From IMG/VR virus record IMGVR_UViG_3300031555_004942, positions 1 through 64,000 of that record: a stretch of 64,000 nt of DNA; one strand, 5' to 3'. The position numbers and the translations under genes were made by a program. Shown one piece after another: positions 19,111-29,604 of this stretch; within the stretch, counting starts at the first letter, position 1; the number at the start of each line of letters is the position of its first letter. A model generated the notes under the pieces. It did not search any database. It worked only from the letters and a program-made list of their open reading frames with translations, and was not told where the DNA came from. This DNA comes from a virus (lineage: Duplodnaviria > Caudoviricetes).

Positions 19111-19405
19111 ACTCCTCCTTAAAGTTTTCTTTTAATGAATTAATATAATATCTTTTATCTTCACACTTTACAAAGAAACCATGATTTTTATTATAGTATA
19201 TTTTCAATTTAGTATGAAATGTTATATAAATACCAAACGAAGGGAATATATGATATATATTATATAAATAACCCATAGATACTTTAACATTATCATCATA
19301 ATATAACATTCCACTTCCTTGAGATGCATGACAAAGATGTGTTAATTTTTTATCTTGTATGAAAGACTCTAATACATTATAATCTTTTAAAACATAATTT
19401 TTCAT
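19088..19405 (-). CDS. hypothetical protein
   Basis: SD AAGGAGG. Confidence 0.7.
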   Translation of the reverse strand: MKNYVLKDYNVLESFIQDKKLTHLCHASQGSGMLYYDDNVKVSMGYLYNIYHIFPSFGIYITFHTKLKIYYNKNHGFFVKCEDKRYYINSLKENFKEEFDEIQNS

Positions 19406-19419
19406 AACTAATTCCTCCT

Positions 19420-19749
19420 TTATCCTAATAACCAATTTACAACAATACTTTTTATTATATCAACATTATTTATTTTTAAATTTTTATCTTTATAAATAAA
19501 ATATAAATCATTATTTTCATCTATATCTAACCAAACTTCTGTTGTTGATTCAAATCTATTTGTGACATAAATATTTAATTTTTTAATCAAATCAGGATTT
19601 AAATGTAATGGGTCAAATTTAGATGATATTTTATTATATATTATTTCTTTTAATAATTTTTCATCACCTTTTATTTCATACATTAAATCTTCAGTTTTTC
19701 CATCTTTAAAATCTTGTAAATCTTTACTAATTAATTCAAATTTTTTCAT
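19420..19749 (-). CDS. hypothetical protein
   Basis: SD AAGGAGG. Confidence 0.7.
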   Translation of the reverse strand: MKKFELISKDLQDFKDGKTEDLMYEIKGDEKLLKEIIYNKISSKFDPLHLNPDLIKKLNIYVTNRFESTTEVWLDIDENNDLYFIYKDKNLKINNVDIIKSIVVNWLLG

Positions 19750-19762
19750 AACTAATTCCTCC

Positions 19763-20605
19763 TTAATAATTCATTCCTAAAAAGTACTGAATAATATCAT
19801 TTTTATTATTCCAATCAAGACTATCACTTGTAATATTATTCATATCTACAGTATCACATGACCCATCCGAATAAGTTACAATTTTATCAATATAAACATT
19901 ATATAGATTATGAGTAGTAAATATATTAAATGAAACATTATTTGATGGTTTAAAAGTAGCAATTAAATAATCATTAGTATCCATTTCGCAATCATCTATT
20001 GCTTGATATAAATCATCTTCATCGGGTATTTCATATCTGTCAATATATAATCCTGCTTCTATTTCTTTGTCTAAAACAAAGAATTCAAAATTCATATTCA
20101 CATAAGCTTGTTTTTTTATTCCTCCCATTTCTCTTAATCTATCTAAATCTTCATCTTTCCAAATTTTGAATTTTTTTAAACCTATTTCTGTTGATGTAGT
20201 TATTAAATGCGTAATCCAACCTAATGCAAATTCTGCCATTGTAGAATATCTATATTCTATTGTATTATTTTTTACACATAATTCCATAGTGTGTACATCA
20301 AAAGAAAGAGTATAATCATAATATTGACAAATTTGAAAAATAAGTTGAATTCTTTTAACCCATTCCCTCAAAAAAGTTTCATCATCATTATAAAAATCCA
20401 TAATTGCATCATATTCAGATATATTATTTAAGTTATATTTACTATGATAAAATTCATTATAATATAAAACACATAGATTAAAAGATGTATCACAATCAAG
20501 CTTAAGATTATTCATTTCATTTTGTAATATATCATAACCTAAATCAAATACTCTTTTCATAACTCCTATACTTTCATTACTTCCAACATTTTTTAATACT
20601 AACAT
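19763..20605 (-). CDS. hypothetical protein
   Basis: 280 aa, SD. Confidence 0.75.
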   Translation of the reverse strand: MLVLKNVGSNESIGVMKRVFDLGYDILQNEMNNLKLDCDTSFNLCVLYYNEFYHSKYNLNNISEYDAIMDFYNDDETFLREWVKRIQLIFQICQYYDYTLSFDVHTMELCVKNNTIEYRYSTMAEFALGWITHLITTSTEIGLKKFKIWKDEDLDRLREMGGIKKQAYVNMNFEFFVLDKEIEAGLYIDRYEIPDEDDLYQAIDDCEMDTNDYLIATFKPSNNVSFNIFTTHNLYNVYIDKIVTYSDGSCDTVDMNNITSDSLDWNNKNDIIQYFLGMNY

Positions 20606-20625
20606 AATTAATACTTCCTTTCTTT

Positions 20626-21150
20626 TTATAAATTTATTACTGAGAATGAATTTCCTCTACAATGAGGGCATTTACAATAATTTGGATTTTTTAATACTCC
20701 TCTAACGAACTTACCCGCTTTTTCATATAACCACTCCTTTCCACATGTATTACACATCAATTTATATCTGTAATGTTTAGTTTCATTAAGATATTTACTA
20801 TATTCAGGAACATCACTATGAGTTTTTACATTATATCCAAATTTGCGATTAACTAAAGAAGCAAGATATTGAAAATTTGGACCATGATTCATACAACCAT
20901 TAACACTATGGATTAATTCATGCATCATTGTATTTTTTACATATTCTGGACATACTTGCATGAAATTTTTAGAAATTTTTATTGTATAAAACATAGATTT
21001 TCGATTATAACAACATTGACCTAATTTTTTTCTAAACCGAGGATTAATTTCCAAATTGTAAAGTTTTGAGTTAAGTTCTGAAAATCCTAAACTTACCAAT
21101 TGCTGTTTACAGGTATACATCATTTGTTCTAAATTAGATAAAGTCAACAT
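20626..21150 (-). CDS. SprT-like zinc metalloprotease
   Basis: KKLGQC, TMMHELIH, HGPNF, C-terminal CxxC..CPHC ribbon. Confidence 0.85.
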   Translation of the reverse strand: MLTLSNLEQMMYTCKQQLVSLGFSELNSKLYNLEINPRFRKKLGQCCYNRKSMFYTIKISKNFMQVCPEYVKNTMMHELIHSVNGCMNHGPNFQYLASLVNRKFGYNVKTHSDVPEYSKYLNETKHYRYKLMCNTCGKEWLYEKAGKFVRGVLKNPNYCKCPHCRGNSFSVINL

Positions 21151-21200
21151 AATAACATCCTTTCTGAGAGTCTAACCACCTACTCACAGGGTAATTCACA

Positions 21201-21608
21201 TTAGTTTATTTTACTATAATCATAATTGGTGTTTTTCATATCTTTTAAATAATCAATAGTCTTCTCAATGTTTTCCCAATGAGAAAGGTCACTATCTGCA
21301 CATTTTTTAAAAGCCCAATATATTGTCCCTATATCTTTTTCAATATCATCAAAATCATCCTCAGAGACATCATGATAATCTTTTAACTTATAAAGAAAAT
21401 CATTTAATATATCTTCTTTTTCAATCTCATTTTCATAATGTTCTTCTATTTCATGTCTTGCTAAATCAATAGATAATGGGACAATTCGAGTCTTATATCC
21501 AGAGTTAATATAGACTAATTGCATTTCTTCTGCTGAATGCATTTCGAAAAATATTTCATTTTCTATTTTATCTTCTTTTTGAGCTGTTAATAAATATCTT
21601 TTAATCAT
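21201..21608 (-). CDS. hypothetical protein
   Basis: SD GAAAGGAG. Confidence 0.7.
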   Translation of the reverse strand: MIKRYLLTAQKEDKIENEIFFEMHSAEEMQLVYINSGYKTRIVPLSIDLARHEIEEHYENEIEKEDILNDFLYKLKDYHDVSEDDFDDIEKDIGTIYWAFKKCADSDLSHWENIEKTIDYLKDMKNTNYDYSKIN

Positions 21609-21625
21609 AATTTTATCTCCTTTCA

Positions 21626-21910
21626 TCAATACCAAAATGTTGGTGTAAATATATGTGCAACATCATCAAGTCTTTCATCATCTTCAGAAAATACTTCATA
21701 ATACACACCATCTAAGACAATATGTTCTGATTGAAGAATATCTAAATCTTCTTCTGTTACTGTATCACACGATTCAATATCTACGACCTGATGTGTTAGA
21801 ACATTAATTTTACAAGGGACAGAAACAACTATTCCATTATTCCAAACAGATTGAAATATAGCTTCTCTTTCCCATTTCTTTTCTACTTGATGTTGATTTG
21901 TAAAATTCAT
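21626..21910 (-). CDS. hypothetical protein
   Basis: SD GAGGAGG. Confidence 0.7.
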   Translation of the reverse strand: MNFTNQHQVEKKWEREAIFQSVWNNGIVVSVPCKINVLTHQVVDIESCDTVTEEDLDILQSEHIVLDGVYYEVFSEDDERLDDVAHIFTPTFWY

Positions 21911-22039
21911 ACTTATTCCTCCTCATCTACTGCAAATTCCATTGATATAATTTGTTCCCAAACTTCAGAAGGAGTTAATCCTAAATGAATTAACTCATCA
22001 TATGTTTCTTTTCTTGATTGAGTCATTACATTACCTCCT

Positions 22040-22744
22040 TTAATGTTGTTTAAAAACTACATCTTTGTTTGTATGCCAACATTTATAACAAGTTGAACAA
22101 CAACCAGTTCCATCTTGACAACAAAATGCATCTTTCGGGATAGTAGGATTAATTGTTTTATCATCAAAATCAACATAAGCTATCTGTAAATTATATGGAT
22201 TATCAATTATCCAATTCTTATCCCAAGCAGAAAAATAAACTTTTAAATTTTTAGGAAGAATTTTATTTTTATCCAAATATTCATTTACAATATTATACTT
22301 CTTAGTATACATAAGAAATTTAACATTTGAATTTTCCTTACATACTTTTATAATTCCTTTAAAAAAGTTAGCATCAGGACAGTCACCACTATCAAAGATC
22401 CTGCAATATCTATATCCTGAGAACTTAAAGTAAGCAGACCATTTATCGAAGAATTCATCTCCTAATTCATGATACAATCTTAAATTCTTACAGTAAGTCC
22501 CATAGACATTTGCAAATGCTTGAGGTCCTTTATTACAATAACAATTTTTAAGACAGGGACTGTCAGTTCTACACGTGATTTTATTAGGCATAGATAAACC
22601 ACACACCTGTGAACCTAATTTTCGATTACTTGTTGCTATTGTAATTTCATCATTGATATTACAATAATAATCAATCTTTTTCTGACGAGTCCAGTTTTCT
22701 ACTTTCATTTGTTCTTTTGTGATTTTTGTGTTTTTTCTACTCAT
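22040..22744 (-). CDS. phage Gp88-like Cys-motif protein
   Basis: NRKLG..TC..C..CY, RIFDSGD, YTK, CxxCxxCW..VVFKQH. Confidence 0.7.
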   Translation of the reverse strand: MSRKNTKITKEQMKVENWTRQKKIDYYCNINDEITIATSNRKLGSQVCGLSMPNKITCRTDSPCLKNCYCNKGPQAFANVYGTYCKNLRLYHELGDEFFDKWSAYFKFSGYRYCRIFDSGDCPDANFFKGIIKVCKENSNVKFLMYTKKYNIVNEYLDKNKILPKNLKVYFSAWDKNWIIDNPYNLQIAYVDFDDKTINPTIPKDAFCCQDGTGCCSTCYKCWHTNKDVVFKQH

Positions 22745-22821
22745 TTTTCATTTCTCCTTTTTTGATTTTTTATTTTAAGTAGCATTTTATGCTTAATGTT
22801 ATTCATCACCCAACATTTAAT

Positions 22822-23808
22822 TTACTCTCCTTTCTTATATATTGTTTTATTTCTGAATAATATTTCTACAATATCTTCAGGATATAAATCTGCTTTTGGA
22901 CCAAATGTTTTTTCGAAACTATCCCTATCTTGTTTAGAACATTGATACATAGAAATCCATTCATATACACTACAACGTTTTAGCTTATTAATATCTATTT
23001 TTCCAAACCATTCTATATTATCTTTTATAATTTTAATTGTAACAGTTTTGATTGGCTTTTCATATTTATTTTCTAAAGACTTTAAAGCATCTTTCATATT
23101 TCTTTCATGTTGAATATCTGGATTATTTAAAATATCAGACATTTGATGAATTGCAGATTCATAAGTTATAATAGATTCAAAGAATAAAGCCAACTTATCT
23201 TTATCACTCATAAATTTTTTTATTTTGTTTTGTATATATTCTTGAGGGTTTGATAAATATTCTATATAATCCTCAGCTTCCATATTTACTTTTATATCAT
23301 ATTGATATTCAGGAGGAACATAGAGATGATCTTCTACAACCCACTTTATTGCTTTCTCTTTAGCTCTAGTTTTCTTTGCATATTCAATATCTGTAAAATT
23401 ATTTTTATATTTTTCATTTCTTAACTCTTCCCAATTATTTTTTATTTCCTGAGTTAATTGTTTAGATAAAACATCATCAAAATTTAAATCTACAAAATTA
23501 GTATATTGGATAACTGATTTTTCTTTAAAATTATCTAATATTTGAGTTAAATAATAATTGGGACTATATAAATGGTTATTTGACTTTTTAATATATCCGC
23601 AAACTTCAATTTTATCTGGTATAAATAATTTGTTTTCACGAAACCAATGTCTAGCCATATAAATAATATAAAAATGTTCATTTAAATCAACTTTAAACAA
23701 TTGATAATAATAAGAAAAACTATTTTTTGACAACCCCTCTATCATAGTAACTTTATCATTTGTAAGAAATTGTTTCATTATATCTTGTGTTATGTGTATT
23801 TTTCTCAT
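22822..23808 (-). CDS. hypothetical protein
   Basis: SD AAGGAG; 328 aa. Confidence 0.75.
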   Translation of the reverse strand: MRKIHITQDIMKQFLTNDKVTMIEGLSKNSFSYYYQLFKVDLNEHFYIIYMARHWFRENKLFIPDKIEVCGYIKKSNNHLYSPNYYLTQILDNFKEKSVIQYTNFVDLNFDDVLSKQLTQEIKNNWEELRNEKYKNNFTDIEYAKKTRAKEKAIKWVVEDHLYVPPEYQYDIKVNMEAEDYIEYLSNPQEYIQNKIKKFMSDKDKLALFFESIITYESAIHQMSDILNNPDIQHERNMKDALKSLENKYEKPIKTVTIKIIKDNIEWFGKIDINKLKRCSVYEWISMYQCSKQDRDSFEKTFGPKADLYPEDIVEILFRNKTIYKKGE

Positions 23809-23846
23809 AATAATTACTCCTTTTAATAAAAATTTTAAAATATATC

Positions 23847-23875
23847 TTGACAAATATAATTATTTATGATATAAT
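23847..23875 (+). promoter_or_regulatory. antisense sigmaA promoter, cassette C
   Basis: TTGACA-17bp-(TG)TATAAT. Confidence 0.85.
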
Positions 23876-23880
23876 ATAAA

Positions 23881-24028
23881 CAGAGAGAGGAGATTTCTCT
23901 CCTCTCATATATTTATTTAAATTCATTAAATGGTATAAAACCCAATTCAAAGTCAAATCCTAAATTTGGGTCAAATAATGAATTCTTTTTTAATTCAGGT
24001 ACTTCGTTTGAAGTACTTGTTTTTATTT
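23881..24028 (+). ncRNA. putative antisense sRNA, cassette C
   Basis: 5' GAGAGGAGA/TCTCCTCTC hairpin; terminator CAGGTACTTC-GTTT-GAAGTACTTG-TTTTTATTT. Confidence 0.7.
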
Positions 24029-24047
24029 GTTCATTATTATCGTTCAT
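23913..24047 (-). CDS. 44-aa peptide, cassette C (family 1)
   Basis: SD GGAAGGAG; MNDNNEQIKTSTSNEVPELKKNSLFDPNLGFDFELGFIPFNEFK. Confidence 0.8.
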   Translation of the reverse strand: MNDNNEQIKTSTSNEVPELKKNSLFDPNLGFDFELGFIPFNEFK

Positions 24048-24121
24048 ATTTCTCAACTCCTTCCTTGTTATATTTTTAATTAATTAAATCATATCCATCA
24101 CCCCTTTCAATAAATTATTTT

Positions 24122-24469
24122 TTATTCTTCATCCCATTCATTCCAAAGAGTTGTAGGATGTTGCCAATCAACTGATTCAAATAAATCTTCAGCTTTCTCT
24201 AAATCTCCTGTAATATCAAGAAAATCTTGTTTTGTATAACAACTACTAATATCTAAAGTTGTAAATTCGATACCTTTAGAATTATTACCTGTTATATCAC
24301 AATATTCAGGAATATAAACTATTACATCAGGACTATCAGAATCCCATGCCTCTACAGATTTATATCCATATCCTTGACCTATATCTTCAAATTCCATATA
24401 CTCTCTAAAGAATTTAAGATCTTTTTCTTCATCAATTAAATTTTGAATTTGTGTTTTTGTGAATAGCAT
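24122..24469 (-). CDS. acidic hypothetical protein
   Basis: SD AAGGAG; YIPE..LF..VDWQHP motif. Confidence 0.75.
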   Translation of the reverse strand: MLFTKTQIQNLIDEEKDLKFFREYMEFEDIGQGYGYKSVEAWDSDSPDVIVYIPEYCDITGNNSKGIEFTTLDISSCYTKQDFLDITGDLEKAEDLFESVDWQHPTTLWNEWDEE

Positions 24470-24482
24470 AATAATTACTCCT

Positions 24483-24842
24483 TTATCTTAAAATTTGTTT
24501 TAATATTTTTATTATTACAGGTAGGTTTTCAGGAAACCCATCTTTCCACCCTATATCAAGCATTCCACTACATCCACCATTTTTCATTTCATCCATCTCA
24601 TCGAACCCAAGAAAATCAATATCATAATCTTCACATAATTTTCGTAATCTTTCAAGACGATTTTCAAATTTGACAGAAGTATATGGGATATTAAGTTCAT
24701 ATAAATCTGATAAATTAAATTTAACATCTTCTGGTGATATTTTCATAAGATTTTTACATTCTGGGCATAAAAAATTACCTTTATGATAATCTACCCAATG
24801 ACCACATCTGTTACAGCTTGCACTTGTATGAATTTCCAACAT
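24483..24842 (-). CDS. Zn-ribbon hypothetical protein
   Basis: CNRCG..CPEC. Confidence 0.75.
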   Translation of the reverse strand: MLEIHTSASCNRCGHWVDYHKGNFLCPECKNLMKISPEDVKFNLSDLYELNIPYTSVKFENRLERLRKLCEDYDIDFLGFDEMDEMKNGGCSGMLDIGWKDGFPENLPVIIKILKQILR

Positions 24843-24844
24843 AA

Positions 24845-25168
24845 TTAATCCTCCTTATATTCTTCTAACCAATCATTTTTTATTTTTTGAGCAACTTCTA
24901 AAATATCATACAGTTCTCCCCATATTACTTTTTCGTGATTTGCAGGATATAATAATTGATAACTATCAATACTACTCTTACTATTTAATTTTGTTGCAAT
25001 AATTGTTGTCCATAACCAACTTTGACCAATATCAAAATATGTGGTTTGAATAGTTATTGCTATTGGAAAATTGTTTTCAGCAATAATAACATCCAACAGA
25101 GATTTAAATAATTCTAATCTTTTATATTCTATTGTGTTATTAGCCCATATTGTAATATTTTTTGACAT
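24845..25168 (-). CDS. hypothetical protein
   Basis: SD AAGGAGG. Confidence 0.75.
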   Translation of the reverse strand: MSKNITIWANNTIEYKRLELFKSLLDVIIAENNFPIAITIQTTYFDIGQSWLWTTIIATKLNSKSSIDSYQLLYPANHEKVIWGELYDILEVAQKIKNDWLEEYKED

Positions 25169-25201
25169 TCTTAGTTTCCTCCTTTTGATTGAATTCCGAT
25201 T

Positions 25202-25519
25202 TTATCGGTTATTAATCGCATTGTATATATCTTCAACTCTATCAATTAAATAGGTTACATCATCCTCAAAACTCTCTTGAACTAATAATATCGTTAATAT
25301 TTCATGTTCAAATGGTTTGTATTTATCGCTTGTTTCTACCCCAAAAAGCCCATCGTTATACAAATCATAGTTACCATTAGACCAATCAAAATTTTCAGGT
25401 CTATTATCTATCAAGTCGCTATTAATCAAAATATCTTGCAATAACTCACATTGCTCTGTATTTAGGCTTTCTCTGATAATTTTTGCATCTCTCCAATTAT
25501 CAAAATAATATTTTTCCAT
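25202..25519 (-). CDS. acidic hypothetical protein
   Basis: SD AGGAGGT. Confidence 0.75.
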   Translation of the reverse strand: MEKYYFDNWRDAKIIRESLNTEQCELLQDILINSDLIDNRPENFDWSNGNYDLYNDGLFGVETSDKYKPFEHEILTILLVQESFEDDVTYLIDRVEDIYNAINNR

Positions 25520-25868
25520 GCCTCATACCTCCTGATAAAATCACTCTTTCGTCTGCTTTATTCTTCTGTTATCATTTTAGATATTTTTATATTTAGCTTC
25601 TGTAACTCTTCAATGTGTTCCTTTTGTTTTATCTCGATATTACAAGTTCCATCAATTAATTCAATTAACGATGCAATTCCATTTGATAATGTTACAAGTT
25701 CCTTTTGTGTAAAATTCTGTTTCATAATTATTTAATCTCCTTTTCCTATTAAAGACCTGAATTTATTCCTAAAATTTAACTTGATTTTCTGCCAACTTAT
25801 CTAATTCGTTTTCATATTCCTCCTTTGAACTTTGATTTTATTTATTTTTAATTAATTTTTTATAGACA

Positions 25869-26411
25869 TTATTTCATCAACACCTTTCCTTGCAAATTTG
25901 TTATAATTCCTTTATATATCAAAGGATACATACCTGTCCAATCCCAAAGATTGATATAATCTTTAGTTTTTTGATTCCTCTGCCAACAATCTGGTTTTGT
26001 TTGTCTTCCTTGACCTGTCTTATCTCCTTCATGAATTTTAAAGAAAAATGCTTTATTTTGATGTGGTTGTTCTTGAACTGTATATCTTGATATTGCATCA
26101 ATAATACGTTGAACATTATCATATTCTTTAATAATACATAAAACGTTAGAGCAAATATAAATATCTGCATCAAATCTTCTTTCAAAAGCAACTGTTTGAT
26201 CTGCCTTTGATTGATGATAAGGATCATATGGAATATAATCTATATCATATTTTTCTAAAAAATCTCGAATAAGATTAATAGTTTCTTGTTTGCCACAACC
26301 AAAATCAAATACAGTTTTTCCAATAAGTTTATTCCAATCAATTTTATTATAAATTGCAGGAAGTTTTTTAGTATTAATAGATGTGTTCTTACTTGTAAAT
26401 TCTTGTTTCAT
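25869..26411 (-). CDS. class I SAM-dependent methyltransferase-like protein
   Basis: VFDFGCGK, YDPY, CSNVL motifs. Confidence 0.7.
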   Translation of the reverse strand: MKQEFTSKNTSINTKKLPAIYNKIDWNKLIGKTVFDFGCGKQETINLIRDFLEKYDIDYIPYDPYHQSKADQTVAFERRFDADIYICSNVLCIIKEYDNVQRIIDAISRYTVQEQPHQNKAFFFKIHEGDKTGQGRQTKPDCWQRNQKTKDYINLWDWTGMYPLIYKGIITNLQGKVLMK

Positions 26412-26427
26412 AATTAATTCCTCCCCT

Positions 26428-26694
26428 TTATATATAAAATTTACAAACCATAAAATAAATAGTAACATTATTAAAAATTTCAATTTCAGCATTTGGAGCT
26501 ATCGTGCCTAACTCAATGTGAATTTTTAATTTTTCTTCGTTGTATATTCCTCTTGCTAATATTTTATCTTTGTAATCATACACTTCATGAAGTAAAGACT
26601 CGCATGCTTCAGAAATTTTGTCATGCATAGATAAAATATTAATATCACCTTCTTCTGAACTAATTACAAAATATTTTGCTTTTTTGTTTTCCAT
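26428..26694 (-). CDS. hypothetical protein
   Basis: SD AGGAGG. Confidence 0.7.
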   Translation of the reverse strand: MENKKAKYFVISSEEGDINILSMHDKISEACESLLHEVYDYKDKILARGIYNEEKLKIHIELGTIAPNAEIEIFNNVTIYFMVCKFYI

Positions 26695-26760
26695 TTTGGA
26701 TTGCCTCCTATTAAATAAAATATTTTCTGCTTAAAGTTATTCATCAGCCAACTATGTAAA

Positions 26761-27099
26761 TTAATATTGCTCAGGAATAGTTATATCTAATATTTCCTGA
26801 AAATTTACTTCATAACAAGGATTTATTGAAGTTCCTATACTCCTCATCCCTAATACATGAATAAATTCTATATTTTTTGCAATTTTAAAGAACTTATCTA
26901 AATTTCTTCTATTGTAAAAAAATCTAGAAGAATTTTCAGTTCTTTTATCTAAATATTTATTTTTGTCTGCTTTCCTAAAATACTGAATAGCTTCACGTAT
27001 AGACTCTTCTACATATTCTACTTCTTCTGTTTCTTCGGTAGGGATATCATCATAAATAACTCCCATTATTTTTTCTGCAATTTCTTCATAATTGTTCAT
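26761..27099 (-). CDS. hypothetical protein
   Basis: SD AAAGGA. Confidence 0.7.
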   Translation of the reverse strand: MNNYEEIAEKIMGVIYDDIPTEETEEVEYVEESIREAIQYFRKADKNKYLDKRTENSSRFFYNRRNLDKFFKIAKNIEFIHVLGMRSIGTSINPCYEVNFQEILDITIPEQY

Positions 27100-27130
27100 A
27101 TTATTTTTTCCTTTCTTTTTTATATTTTAA

Positions 27131-27151
27131 AAAGGGGCTATAAAAGCCCCT
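27131..27151 (-). terminator. intrinsic terminator
   Basis: AGGGGCT-TTTAT-AGCCCCT + T tract on - strand. Confidence 0.7.
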
Positions 27152-27163
27152 AATTAAACATTG

Positions 27164-27496
27164 TTAATAACTGTTTGTTATACTAATACCATGTCCATAA
27201 TGATTAAATCTACATTCTCGTAATGTTTCATCATCATCCCAATATACTGCAGATTGTGGATTAAATCCATTATTAGTATTAAGCTTTATATCAATATAAG
27301 CATAATAACCATTGATATAATATTCTATATGCAATAAAGTTACATATATATCTGTGCCTATTAACTTATCAGATGTAATAAACTTATCTAATAACTGTCC
27401 TTTATTCATGCAATATTCTAAAAGATACCAACCTCCTTTTTTATTTAATTGTACTGCTTTATGTCTTGGATTCAGATTATTTCTTTTGATATTCAT
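27164..27496 (-). CDS. hypothetical protein
   Basis: SD GGGAGTG. Confidence 0.7.
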   Translation of the reverse strand: MNIKRNNLNPRHKAVQLNKKGGWYLLEYCMNKGQLLDKFITSDKLIGTDIYVTLLHIEYYINGYYAYIDIKLNTNNGFNPQSAVYWDDDETLRECRFNHYGHGISITNSY

Positions 27497-27856
27497 TTTT
27501 TTCACTCCCTTCGATATCAAATTTTATATCTGACATTAAATTAAATATAGAAGCAGAATAACATCCTGTTTCTTTACCTTGTTTATAAATTTCAGACAAT
27601 CTTTGATAAATTTCTTGTTTTGTTATATTATTTTCAATCATATTTTTCACTCCTTTCTTTCTTCCTCTATACTTAAAATAAATTTATTTCCATCTTCAGT
27701 CCAAACAATAAGCCTATTTTCACCTTCTAAACTAAAATCTAAAATACCATTTCCATCATCTAAAGAATTATATATTTTTCTTAATAGTTCAAATCTGGTC
27801 ATAATAAAATCTCCTTTTCATTATAATATTTTTATTCATATGATGACCTATAAATT

Positions 27857-28978
27857 TTAATCTCTCATATATTCATCAATATATTCTTCAATCATGAAAC
27901 ATATATTGTTCCATGTGTCTGTATGAATCTCGGAATCATAACCTGTTTCAAAATTATATAATGTTTCAAGAATATAATCAATTTGTAAAAACTGAATCAA
28001 TTCTTCGTCTGTAATTTCGAAACGTCCTGTTGTTACCATTGTTAGAGTATCCCATAATTCTAATGGTTCTTGGTCACAGAAAAACATAAAAAGATTCATT
28101 TTTGTATATATTTCAAAATTCTTCATAAAAGAAAACTCAGGATTTTTTGTTGTTTCTTTTATCATTATTTGTTTAAATTCAACATACTCATCTTCTACTT
28201 TCTTTTGAAAATCTCTTACAATATGAAAAATTTTTACTTTTTGTTTTTCTCTTTCTTCAATGCTTTCTCTCATGGCTGAAATACCACCATTCATCAATGC
28301 TCTAAAATCATCAATTGTTAATTCACATTTATAGTTTGGATTTTTCAAAATTTCAAACAATGATTTTACAATAGGTTGATTTAAAACATCTAATGATAAA
28401 TCTTGCCATTCTTGCAACTGTTCTTTTGTTTGATTCCATGACCTACCTGCTTTTATAGGATCATAATATTCTTTATGATATTCTGTATGTGTTTGTATTA
28501 TTGCATCTATATCTCTATCTAATAATTTATTGATAGGAACATATAAAGATGCGTTGTGTCCATTAATTTGGATATTTGTTTCTAAGAATATTAAAGTATC
28601 TAATCTATCAAGATGATAACATTTAAAATTAAAATATTTTAATTCTGGCATCTCTGTATGAATACAATCTAAGAAAAACTTATCTTCTTCTAATTGTGAT
28701 TGAGCAGGAATTAAAAATGTATAACATTGTGTATAATAACATGCAGTTGCTGATAAATCTTTTTCGTGTATTTGCTTAAATACATAATCTAAATGTTTAT
28801 CTTTTATTTGAATATATTTATCATATTGTCCTCGATAATAATTAATATCTACATTTTTCTTTTGTGTCCAATCTTTGATATCTTGTTTTGATAAACATTC
28901 TATCAAAGTTTCTTGCGAGAATAATTCCTCATAATTTTTTAAATTTCGAATAAATAATTTTGCTTCTGCGTATGTCAT
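27857..28978 (-). CDS. hypothetical protein
   Basis: 373 aa, SD GAAAGGAG. Confidence 0.8.
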   Translation of the reverse strand: MTYAEAKLFIRNLKNYEELFSQETLIECLSKQDIKDWTQKKNVDINYYRGQYDKYIQIKDKHLDYVFKQIHEKDLSATACYYTQCYTFLIPAQSQLEEDKFFLDCIHTEMPELKYFNFKCYHLDRLDTLIFLETNIQINGHNASLYVPINKLLDRDIDAIIQTHTEYHKEYYDPIKAGRSWNQTKEQLQEWQDLSLDVLNQPIVKSLFEILKNPNYKCELTIDDFRALMNGGISAMRESIEEREKQKVKIFHIVRDFQKKVEDEYVEFKQIMIKETTKNPEFSFMKNFEIYTKMNLFMFFCDQEPLELWDTLTMVTTGRFEITDEELIQFLQIDYILETLYNFETGYDSEIHTDTWNNICFMIEEYIDEYMRD

Positions 28979-29036
28979 AATACATACTCCTTTCTTAATT
29001 TAATTTTAATAAAAAGAGAGAAGATGAACTTCTCTC

Positions 29037-29564
29037 TTAATATACAGTAACTATCTTATCTAAACCTATTGTCATAAATTCTGGTTTTTCTTTATGTTTC
29101 CAAAATGATGGTTGCATAATTCCCAATTCTTTTAATTGTTCATAATTTACAGGAACCCCATTTATCATATATATGGTCTCAGGTTTACCATTAATATTAG
29201 GAAATGCTCCAATATAATATTGATTTAAATTTCTATGTTTTAATAATATCTTATCAATATGATAATACCATGGTTCTCTACTTGATGGTACATATCCAAG
29301 TTGCATTCTTCTTTCAATCACTCTTTTTGTTTTATCATACGATATTCCTATTCTGACAGACATAGTTGTTAATTTTGTTACATTATACTGTGATTTATAA
29401 TGTTCGGATACACTCTTATTCACATCTGTATAATATTGAATTTTAAAATATGTTCCTGGGTGTTTAGCATAAAGTTGTTTTAAGATTGTTTGTTGCTTTT
29501 TAGGAAACCCTAATACATCAAACCTCATAGTATTCTTTTGTGTTCTTGTGATTTTCTTTTCCAT
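29037..29564 (-). CDS. basic hypothetical protein
   Basis: SD; followed by AGAGAGAAG/CTTCTCTCT terminator. Confidence 0.75.
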   Translation of the reverse strand: MEKKITRTQKNTMRFDVLGFPKKQQTILKQLYAKHPGTYFKIQYYTDVNKSVSEHYKSQYNVTKLTTMSVRIGISYDKTKRVIERRMQLGYVPSSREPWYYHIDKILLKHRNLNQYYIGAFPNINGKPETIYMINGVPVNYEQLKELGIMQPSFWKHKEKPEFMTIGLDKIVTVY

Positions 29565-29604
29565 AATAAAACTCCTTTTTTATTTATTTTATTTTTTTAT
29601 AGTA

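Noticed and set aside
26722-26754. CTGATGA..GAAA as a hammerhead ribozyme
   Set aside because: Stem II cannot form, and the second copy has GTGATGA and TAAA
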